The position numbers and the translations under genes were made by a program. Shown here one piece after another: positions 26,641 through 38,600 of a stretch of DNA of 64,000 bases. Each line of letters starts with the position of its first letter. Positions within the stretch are counted from its first letter, which is position 1. The notes beneath the pieces are model-generated. The model made no database searches. It was not told the DNA's origin and worked only from the letters and a program-made list of their open reading frames with translations. Source of the stretch: Perna viridis (taxonomy: Eukaryota); NCBI GenBank assembly GCA_037379345.1, contig CM074512.1, forward strand, positions 66,051,597 through 66,115,596, written 5' to 3'.

Positions 26641-29600
26641 GTAATCTTTTAGCCAATTAGTTTTTTTTTTGAAAAATACCTTACGGTGCTTAACTTTCTT
26701 TTCTGGTTGTAAGATAAAGAATAGTTTTCGTCGTAAAATACTTAAATGTTGACGCTTTTTTAATACTTCTTTCTAGTAATAGTAGATAAAAACCCTGTAG
26801 CATTAATAATGTAGATGAACATTCTATAGAACTTCTAGTTGCTGAGCAGTTTACAAAACTTGTTTAGATTATAATTCATGATTTTTTTATGTTTACTATA
26901 GCTTGAACATGAACTGTGTCCCGGTTGACCAGACAGATTCTGATCGGTACCAGTTTTACCAGTACATGATGATACCATCAGTAAGTCATCTCAAATTTCA
27001 ATGTTGGTGAGACCAATTTTAAATATTGGGTTTGAGTTGGTGCATTGCGACTGCGACTGAGATATTTAAGTTTTTTTAACCTTGAGGAAAGTGAGAAATG
27101 TGTTTTTAAAACTTTTAGTAAAAAAAAATGTTCAATGTGCACAAGCAAATTTGTACTCCAAAGTTTTTATTATTATATATTGTTCTAAAAAAGTGTAAAA
27201 TTTTGATTTAGTACTAGCTGAAATAAGATTTATTATAATTATTGGTGTTTAGACGCATTCAAGTACATCTGATATATAAATATTTATATTTTTAAATCAC
27301 GTTAAGGTCGATGGTTATTTTCTATGTCATCAATTTTATGTAGCTAATGTACATTTATCAGAAATCTAGAACTTGTGGCTCATTTGTAAAATAACAAAAA
27401 CAACACAGCGTTTTTATCAGCAATATGTTTTAATTCTAGCTGCTTCAGTTTATTGTTTTCTCCTACTTAATCAAACGACGTAATCTGTGTTTAGACAAGT
27501 GCGCCTCTCGTCCTGGCATTGTTTAGTAAGTTTGAAATAAAGTATGATTAACTTTTTTTCTCAACGTTATACATGTTAAACACGTCGATTGTCGGTAACC
27601 TATGTCATCAATATCTATGAATGAGTAATCAAAGGAATCAAGTTTCTACCGGAAATAAAAAGAATGTAACCAGTGACAACGACCAGACATGGAAAACAGG
27701 CATACACAACAAAGAACAGGAAATAACCAAAACAATACATATAAAGTAACAAAAGTCAATGGGCAACTCGGACTCCACTAAAAACTGGGAGCATGGACCA
27801 GGTGCAACGGTGGGGTAAATGTCGTCTGTTTTGTTTTGGTTTTTAGAAACACCCGCCGAGTTGCTCATAACACTTTGAAATAAGCACAAATCAAAACATA
27901 ACTGGCTGTTTGTACACCCATATGTTGCGATTTTTTAAAAAATATATCACAGCATTTTTTTAAAACTGTATCAAAACAAAATTGAAGAATTGATTAAGCG
28001 TCATATGTTGTACTAGATGCTGCCATATACAGGAGACGGAGTGTAAGATAAAAAACATCATTAGTTTTATTATGTGTTCTACTTGCAACAGTGGTAAGAA
28101 ATGGGAAAATGAGACTAAATACTTTATTAGAATATCTAATAAACAAACTTGAAATAAGTATATTTAAATTGTACTTTACAGTCCAATGGATATCTATGAG
28201 AGGAAAAACCGTATGTCGTTTATAGCTGCCTTCGGGGCTGCAGCTTATCTCTGTGCAGAGGTGGTGCTAAACAGTAAAATGATTTTCCCATACAGCGGAG
28301 TCTTTGCAATTAAAAGTAAGTAATATCTAAGTACTGAATAATTATTATAGTTTTTTTATATTAATTTAATTGATTATAAAATTATATAAAAGCATGATTT
28401 TCTAGATCACTCCACTCCATTAAGGGCTTTGGTCACTTGGACTTAATACTGTGTTTTTCGATTTACCGTCTATGTACTGGATTCCTAAAAGTCATAAGAA
28501 TCCTTACAAACAACGTTATATAGCTGGATCTGCAAAATGTACCATCAAACCTCTTTCAAAACTTTTAACTTCTATACTCACAACTATCAAAGAGGGTTTG
28601 CAGTCCTACCACAACACTTGTTACTCCCGTAGTGGTATTAATTCAATGCGGATCCTGAAAAATTCGAAAGATCTTTTGGAGACAATCAGTTCAAGACTAT
28701 TATCAGAATATAAAAAAGCATTAAAACCTATGATTTTTCAACACTATACTTCTATTACCCATACTCAGTTAAAAACCCGACTTAATAAAATTATATATCG
28801 TTGTCGTTTCTCTTCAAAATTATCACTAAAATTGATGAAGCCTGTTCCCTGTGCATATATGGCCTACTGATTTTTTCACCTGTGTATAAATTTTTAAGTT
28901 GGCCAGTATTGCTCAGTATTGTTAAGTTAACAAGTATTGCTCAGTTTTGTTAAGTCGGTCAGTGTTGTTATATTAACCAGTATTCCTAAGTATTGTTATG
29001 TTAATCAGTATTGCTCAGTATTGTTTAGTCGGCCAGTTTGCATAATATATTACTGCAACCATAAAACAGTAGACAGTATGTTTTTGATATGAACTACAAA
29101 AGTTACGGACATACCTAGGCTTACCAAGGATAATCTTGTTAACTGTTGAAATGTTAGAAACTTAAACATTAAATTCGTATACTCTTTACGTTAATATCTA
29201 TTTTACTCATATTTAAAGGAAATAAACAGGTCTATAATTTTTAAATTCGGCTTAATTTGTTCATGTAGAAACTACTTCATTGACTTAAAGTGAGTATTAC
29301 ATAAGAGCTGTCATACGTGATACTGACTGTCAATCAAAAATTGTTTTGATTCTTAGTGGCGTCCGAGTTGCTCATTTGCTTTTGTTACTTTGTATGTATG
29401 ATGTTAGTTACTTTATGTTCTTTGTTGTGTATGTCTGTTTTCTATGTCTGGTCTTTGTCCCTGGATTACATTCTTTTGATTACCACTATAACCTTGGTTC
29501 CCTTGATTACTCCTTAACTTTTCATAAGAAACTGTGATATTCTCATCGTTAGTACCTATCGACTTGCTGAATTTTTATTAAATGTAATCTTCTTTTTTAG

Positions 29601-32600
29601 TTTTTGTTATAATTCTTTCTGTGATATGTTACGGGTTACTGTTCTTCCCAATATTTGCCGCTCTGACAGTACGTAAACCTCTAGGATATATAGGTGGGAG
29701 TCTACAGATCTGGGCACTGGCGTATCAAGCCTTTAATCTTACATTCGGGTGTGCTGATTCAATGACCAAGGTAAACTGGTGTGCAACCGTGTGATTATTA
29801 TCATATTCAGAACTTACATGCACAAAGGATGGTGTACCAATGTACCAATGTTTTAGGAAGAGGAATTTAAGTCCTGATTAAAAAGGGCCTTAAATATCAA
29901 TCAGTGGGTGGTACATTCATATCAAACTCCTCAACATTTACTTATTACTTATCTGGAAACAGTTACAGACCACATAACATGTCATCGTTTGTCCTTAGGT
30001 AGTTGGACCTTTGAGTCTTAAATCAAATGTATCATGCTAAGATTGATTGATTTAATATGGTCAATAACGCATCGTTTGCTCCATGTTTTCTGCACCTTGC
30101 ATCGCATCTACAGTTGGTGATGTCTGAACTTTATATGTGTAGGTTTATTAAGTTATGAATACCTCATTACATTGATCTACTCTTACAGAATCTACCAATG
30201 ACTCAAGTGTCAATGAATAACTAAAATCCGTTTTCGAAAATAATCGTTGTCTAATACTGCGATCACTCATTGATGAATCAGAAATGCAATTTAACCAGAT
30301 AAATTGTATTGCTACTGAAAGCAAGAAATAATAATGTAATTATGCTTTTGGGTTAAATCAATAGAAACAATCGTGTTATCAAGCAAGAACATCAAACGAA
30401 GTTCCAAATTTTTTATCGTCATTTTATTTTTTAGCTGAATCAGTTATACCTGGTTCTGAGAGATTGGCCTAAACTTGGATCGATCATCTACCTCTCCATT
30501 ATGCTACCAGTTCGGTTTATCTTCTCCTTTGAATGTTCTCCAAATGTACCTATACTGAACCCGAAAAGGAATGCAGTCGATCCGGTTTGTGATGATATTG
30601 AGACAATAAAATCGTCCCTGGAGGGTCGTCATGTCGTGAATGCATTAAAGCCTAAATTAGAGGTGGTTAAGGAAGAAAGGTAATCTATAACAGCCTAACG
30701 ATCGAAATTTATAATGAGTATGATTTCAACAACATTCTAGCAAGTGTTAGATTCAAACAACATATCATTTCGCTTAAAATGTTTACTAAATTCACATTTT
30801 TAGCCTTGAATCCAATGGTGGTCAAAAGTTGTTTAGTGTCAATGAATTTTATTCTATTTCCAATATTATTTTTACGTATTTTGGAGGTTTATGGATGAAT
30901 TTTCGTTTCGGACGTATGGGTCACGTACGTCGACTAAATTTCTTGTCAAAAGTTGTCGTGATACAATTGGCCTTCATTGTTGGGGATTTAAGTTTTCGAT
31001 TCATGTGGCCAATATTTTCTTCAAGGTAAAATAGAATGGGTTTTTTTTTTTGGCATATTATACACACATTTACTTGCATTATATACAGATCCATGTCTAG
31101 TTGACCAAGTTAGATTTTAGGACCGATTTTGATAAAAACCGATCATACCTCTTTCGTCATTAAGATTATGCCAGTTGTGCACGATATTTAGCTCAAACTA
31201 TTAAGGTAGTCCCATCATGTCACGAAAAAAAGATATAACCAATGTAGTACAAGAAAATTTGATCCGAATAAATTTTGGGGTTTCACATCGCAAAACATGG
31301 ATTTGTTATTTATGAATATGGGGACAACGGGAATCAATTTTTTATCCTTTACACCTCCTTCACCATTGAATGGAATAGAATGAAACTTCAACAAAATCTA
31401 TATTACATGTTCTCATTGTTCACCTGATTTTGACCCAAATCACTTTGAGTGTTCCACAGAGCAAAACATGGACAATTTTTTCTAGTTTATTTTTGTTTCC
31501 TTTCAGTGAAGAAGGGTGCTGCGGATCATGTGGAAAGAGGTTGAAAGATTTATGTCACAGTATCATAGCTCCATGGCTATATAAGAATAATCCTGGTTAG
31601 TAATATTGTTGTACATATTACCGTTTCTATATGTTTAAAGGAATATATTCACTCTTCGTCAAATTGTTTTATTAATTTTTGAAGGTGGCACTCTGATATT
31701 AGTATAATGCAGTTGTGATTTTTCAGCAATCGTTTTTTATTCGGTTCTTTTTTATGTTGATAAAACAATATGATTTACTTTACGGTCTATGCAGAGTTAG
31801 AATCAGATTATTTATATTTGCTTTCATTCAAAAATAGAACTAGGTGTATGGTTTCAGATTTTCCATCATCTGAAAACAAATCAAATGCTACGTCAGAATA
31901 AAGGTCGTATATTCTCTATATGTAGTTCCTCTCAAACTCACATTACTTTACATTCTTGAAAAATTGGTTAAAAGAAATGAAAGATTGAGGTATTATATTC
32001 AGTTGAAAATCATTAATATCTTTTCTTCCAGAATTTAGATACTCAGCAAGAATCCTTTCCCTCTATTTTGTTTGCTTTATTATTGTTTATAAGGTAAGGC
32101 TCACGCACAGTGTGCAATTGTGCTTTCACACAATATAGTGCACGGTTATGTCTGTTTTCTTTACCGTTTTACCGTAACAATAAGACCAGCAAAAGTTTGT
32201 TTGCATCGCTTAAGGCGAGTCTTGATTCATTTATTTTTGCCGGTTCATCAGTTAAATTGAGATTCAATTAGTAAACACATCTTATAATTTTATGAGCATA
32301 AGTTAATTTTTAATACCATCCTCTGATCAATTCAATGGAAATTTTTTTAATTAAAGTCAGAAGTGGACAGTGGCTACCGTAAAAGGAACTTTTATTGATA
32401 AAATATTGTTGCCCACAATAGAATGAATCCATACACATTTTATTAATAATTGAAACTATTTCCAAAACTTGTTTGTATGAGCTACAGTATAGCTGTATAG
32501 TCCTGTGTTCTTTTCCCCAAATAAATATGAGAGAATGACCAAACGTGCTTTAATTAGAAATATTGTATGATATTGCATAAAAGGTCGTGTATGCCCATTA

Positions 32601-35600
32601 AACTCAATTGGAAAACAACCATGCAATATCCAACCTCATTAAATAAATATTGCACGGACATCTCCGCCTCTGACAAAAATGGCTCTGCGCAGAACGAGAG
32701 CACGAGATACCCATGGCTGTATATCTTTCATTGGTCAATTATCGATTAATGAGTGTGCTCAATTCATGTCACAAACTATTTATTGCAGAGCCTTTCTGGT
32801 TATCCAAATAGACTTCTCGCCCTGTGGGCTCAAAGTCTATTTGAATAAATCGTAAGGCCGTGACTTAGAAGTACAATGTATGAACTGGATTATTCAGCAC
32901 GATATAAAAATTGGGGATTTACACTTAATACAAATAACGGAATAGTTAAAATAACCTACTAATATATATTTTTCTAAATCACAGATGAAATACCACTAGT
33001 TTACTTGAAGGATAGTGTAAGATACTTCAAGAATAACCTTCATTGGGTCAAATAAATTTCATGGAAATATTTATGAAATATTGAAATAAGATATATTCCT
33101 TAAACTATCGTATTTTCTTTCCTTTTTATAAGTTTTTGCCTTGGTGGGCAATATCTCTAGTTGTTTTAAAAAATCATTGTTATTTAACATGTTTTCAGAT
33201 TACTAATTTGGAAAGATTTATTTTGGCAAATGACCAAAAATATCCAATTAACTGTATTTAAGGATACGGTTTTTATTTTTTCATTTATTTATATATTTTT
33301 TTACTCCATTATTTTTTTATTTGTCTATTTATTTTTATTATTTTTATTTTATTGCTCTCTTGTGAGAGTGTCTGTTGCAAATATATGCAAATTTTACTGA
33401 AAGTTCAAATGTCAGTCATTTGATAGGGAAGTATCGTTCTAATTATGACTATTTCAGGGTCAAAAGGTGTTCATGTTCAACAGAACTTTGAATATGACCC
33501 AGCGGTGCAACATAATATTATATTAATTTTATTGTTTCGTAGGACAACGATAGTATATTTACCACTGACGGTTTGATTTCCGTTGAGTCAATTAAATGTT
33601 TGCATGGAAAGACTTGTTTATTCTTTTCTGTCCTTTACAAAGTAAATATTTATTTTGCCGTAAGGATGCATTTTTTTTTCAATTCAAGATATTTCTTGGT
33701 AGAAATTGGGGCAATTACTTGTCCCCTATATCGCGCATAACCGAACCCTTAAATTAAAGTAGTCCCATTTTCTCCTGTTCCAGATATCGGTCGAGTCTCT
33801 GGTATTCTTCCTGCCAGTTATCACTGAACTGATTGAAGTAATGTACTCTGTTGTGGGAGTTATTGGTTGGGCAGAAGAGGCTTTCGAATCTGAGGACATC
33901 AAAATGGCAAGAAAGATCTTTATGTTCCTCTACTATATTATAGAAGGCATAAGAGGTAAATATGTGTATTTCAATTGCAAGCCAAAAACTGATTAGTTTT
34001 AATTAATAGATCTTTTTTGTATAATTTGCATTCAGTGGTACTACATTCGTGCTTATTTTGTTTTTACTTTTTTATACAAATGTATCATTTGGTAAGAATT
34101 TTAAAATGCACTTATATCGAAAGTAGCTGAACAACGAATTTCATCACAATTATGCATCAGAGACTAGGCGGGTCAATAGGCATCGAAATGATCGAGTCAA
34201 TCTTGGTTGACATACAGAAGGAAGCACACTTGTATGCCGCTTTATCATGATGGGGCATTTTGTTGGACTTTCGATGAATTGGTATAAGAAAGGGCTACTT
34301 AAGTATTTGTTTTTGAATGTAAAAGTTGTGCACAAAACAATCATTGTGGTTGATACCATTAATATCAATTAGTCAGATTTTTTTAAGTATAGATTGATTA
34401 CCCGATGTTATTTATCTTACTTATATTTCAGCCTGTTTTGTTTGTGCTATTGTTGCGGAGATGTTGATGTCAAGTCTAATGATATTCCATATGATATCTT
34501 CATACAGGTAATAATATTTTTCTAATTAGTTTTTCTTTTAATATCTATTTCCTTTTTTTTAAAATGGAAAACAATATGTGTCTTGTTTGGTCCTGTTTTA
34601 TCTTGTATACTCAAATCTGCATTAGTTTAATTTGCCAAATTTGATCAGTTTTGAATTTTGCTGTTTAATTGAAATACGTTTGTAATAATGCAATTGAAGC
34701 AATGAATATCGATATTACCCACAGAATATTGTGCAAACAGCGTTGTTGTTTTTTAATCAGAGAAGATAGATAGCTCTGATTTAATTATTTTTTCGCCATA
34801 ACTTCCGAAGATTGCCGACATGACATTCACCTGGGTTAAAAATACTTTAATCTTAGTAAAAAATAACAATAACAGATGCACAGGTAAGCACGTGTCTTGT
34901 TCTCATTTCATTTTATCTATTTCTCGATTAGTTTTCAAATAAATAATGACATATTTGAACCACATTATAGCACATTGGGTAAATTTCAAAAGAATCCTTG
35001 CGTTATGTATTCGACCTTTATTCTTTTACGGCTTGAGTCCGTCTGTCTTCCTTGCCGTTGGATAACTACTTTCGCTTTTGCAATCAGATTTGTTGTCAAA
35101 GAAGCGACCCTTGCAGCACATGCGCGGATTAAGGTCACCAGAAATCACATGCATACGAATTTATCTAGGTCGATTTTTTGTCTTGCAAGTCAATAAACAT
35201 AAAGACATCCATTTCATGCATTTAATGCATTTTATGTGTGGATATTAAATGAAATTATTCAGGAAAAGTACAATTTAGTAGAAATAATTCAAAGTTAAGG
35301 TATATTTCAACAGAAACAAAAGTTTACAAAAATGACAGCTAATGCAGCTTTAATGAATGACTGTTATATTTTTGGTATATGAGTAAATAACCTTGATCAC
35401 GTGGTTCCACTAATTAACTTGCGTAGCTGGTTATTTTCAAGTATGCACCACGGGCATTGGGATTATTTCAAATAGACCGAAAAAAATATAACTGTAATTC
35501 CTTATAATTGAGTTTTAGTATCAAAATCATTTACAAATGAGATTGATGACGTCATAATCATATTACAAAATTTCGTCTATGAGATAATTCAGCCAAACAA

Positions 35601-38600
35601 CAAAGTCGAAAATGGTGTCGTTTTCATTTGCAAGAGTCACGTGACAAATCGTGGTCAGAATGGCGATGTTTTAGCGGCATGATTTCTGATGAAAATTCGC
35701 TTCGTGTGACCATTTCTATGACCATCGGTAAAAAAATAAAATAAACGTTCAAATGTTTGATCATTTATCTACATATTTATCCCTTCAAAACAGCGAAATT
35801 AATCAGTAGGAATGATTCTGTCAGCTTATATATTCAATTAAAAATGTCTAAAAAAAATAATGTAACTAGGTTATAATAAAAAGAAGAAAAGAACTTTTTG
35901 TCAAAATATTCTTCTTGCACTCATCTGTACCAGATGTGGACAAAAAATACATTTTTAACATTAACTTTTTATTTTCTAATATCAAAAAACTATGTCTTAG
36001 TATTAGCATAAACCTGTGATTAAAAGCAAGTCTATGGAATTAGAAATTTATTTTTTTACAATGAATTCATTTTCATATTAGATATTGATTCTTGAAAATT
36101 AGAACTAAATTTTTAATATTGAAAAAGATGAGTTGAAGTTATTTTTTACATTGAGAATTCGTATATTAAAATTTTAGTTTTTGACATTAGAAATTCATTT
36201 TCATATAAAACAGATCAATTTCTTATGGGAAATTAATTTTCTTATAATAAAATTCCTTTTTATATTTTCTGATATTGTTGTCAATTAAATTTGATTTTTT
36301 TAAAAACAAAAAACAAGGAATGGGAAAAAGGGGGCAAATAAGCAAATATATACTTCTAAAACCTACACAGGATAACCAAGTTAGAATGGAATGAATAATA
36401 TATATACTCTAAGTTTACCATACAAAGTCGATATAGAGGAAATAGAGTGCAAATAGGCGAAATAAACATTGAGAGCGACTTTGAACATGGAATTCCCTTT
36501 CAGATACTGAAGTTCATTGGTCAACCTATCTAGAAAACCATTCTTGTAATAGATATAACGTGTGAAATGCAATTCTGTCAGCTTTTCCATTGGCTCAAAA
36601 TCAAAACAATGTAAATCTCGTTCTTCGAGAGGGGGGATTTCTATGCGTTCTTTTTCCTCACTGGTCCGTCTGAAATGTTTTTGTTAATGTCATTTAGCTA
36701 AAGAATATATTTTCGTATATGATACGATTTTTTGTTTACCTATTTTTCAATTGATTTTAATTAATTTAATGATTCTTGAAAGCTGGGGAAACGTAAAATT
36801 TTCCCGGGAAATTTATCGCCGCCATTTTTAGAGTTATCTGCTCATGGGTCACTGCAAATGAGATCAAAGGATTTCGGGGTTACGGAGGCACTCTGCTGTT
36901 CGACTGTAATTGTTTATCCAATCAGAAAGCGTGTTACATCTGAAATTAAATTATAAGTTGTTAGCTTTATGAAGGTTGTTTATAAGGTTGTTATTATTTT
37001 TTTTTTAATATTTTTTTTTTAATTTATTTTCTTTTATTTGATATTATTTTATTAATTTTTTTTCTTCATTACGGATAGTAATTTTTGCATTTTTAGTCAA
37101 ATTTGAAATTGAAATCCGACAATATATGTCAACCAAACAACCAAATGGATGGTTATCTCTGCTTCCAGTTTATATTGTTATACACCAGAAATAATAAAAC
37201 GGTCATGGAAACGGGAGTTTAGCGCGCTATATAAATTGGTTTACCAACCATTTCTATCGGAAATATCTGTTCCAAGTCAGGACCATTGCGGTGAATTCCA
37301 ACTTCCGTTTTTTACCTTGATATTACATTTCTTATTCGGACTTTCCTTTTTTTACTTTTTCTTTTGACCATAACCAAGAGTTTATCAGTTCGTTAATTTT
37401 GTCAGTTTCCTTACGATATAGCAATTGACATGATAGCAGTTTTCTTATTGTGTATTCAATTTTCCAGAAAAAATCTATTGGCATTATTTAAAGGTTCACG
37501 AGTTCACATACCACCAATGTCTGAGAAAAGTAACGCAAGCTTAATGGTAATTATTGTAACCGATTTATTTTACGTCCATAGACAGCAGAAATATAATACA
37601 TTTACAAAAAATCATACTCATATTACTCATACAACTCTTGCCCATAGATCCAAAAACATGCAACTTTTGCTTGCGATTTTCAGTTCCATATTTATAAACA
37701 TCATGATTGACCAAGAAAGACGTTCACTTTAAAGTTTATCTTACACGAGTGTCTGCATATTAACCATGAATTAAAATAACGTCCAATCAACTACACAAAT
37801 AGTTATTTTTCGAAGCTGAAAATGTGTACGGAGAAAAAAATGTTTTTAAATTTAAAATATCTAGTGTAATTTCCTTTCGTGAGCTTTGTTCATAGTTTTT
37901 CTAGTTTAATTTAGGTAGGAACCATGCGATACACAGGATACCAGGTTGGATACATCTTATGGGGTACGTAATTCTTACATGAATATGTATTCTCTATGTT
38001 ACAAATTCAGTTGTATTTAAATTACATTTTGAAATTTTCCGTCAATTCATATTGTCTACCTCCACATGGAGCTATGTTTAAAAGTATAAACCCTTTCCGG
38101 TTATGTCGATGAGCATGCGTGTTAAGAAACAATTTTCCTTGAAGATGTCTCACGCATGCTCATCGACTAATTTACAATGAACACGATAGAGTCTATAAGA
38201 CATCTTACAAAACAATACACCATAAACAAAGAAAACTTTAAAACATAGACTTTAAAAAGTTAATTAACCCGTTTCCGGTCATATAAGCTTCCAACTCATT
38301 AACAAGTGCCTCCTATTCATTAGGATCATTTCATGAACTGAAAGTATTTTTCTATCAATTATAGTTTTCAAGATACTGGCTGAAAACTACAAAAAGACAC
38401 ATTTTTTCGCCTTTCAAGGGCAATAACAAAAACTGGTCCGACAACTTTAACCCATGTAGCCATTAGTAGGCCTTATCAAAAGGATCACTTTTTCAACTGA
38501 GTTGCTACCTCTTAAAAGGTTCAAGATATTGACTGAAAACTATTTTTTTCGCATTTCAATGGCAATAACTCTAACAAGGAGTCGCTTAACAATTTTAGCC

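Noticed and set aside
35370-36956. Possible Crypton-like non-autonomous element bounded by TTATAATT...AATTATAA
   Set aside because: The terminal similarity is short and AT-rich, and cannot be supported without a repeat library.
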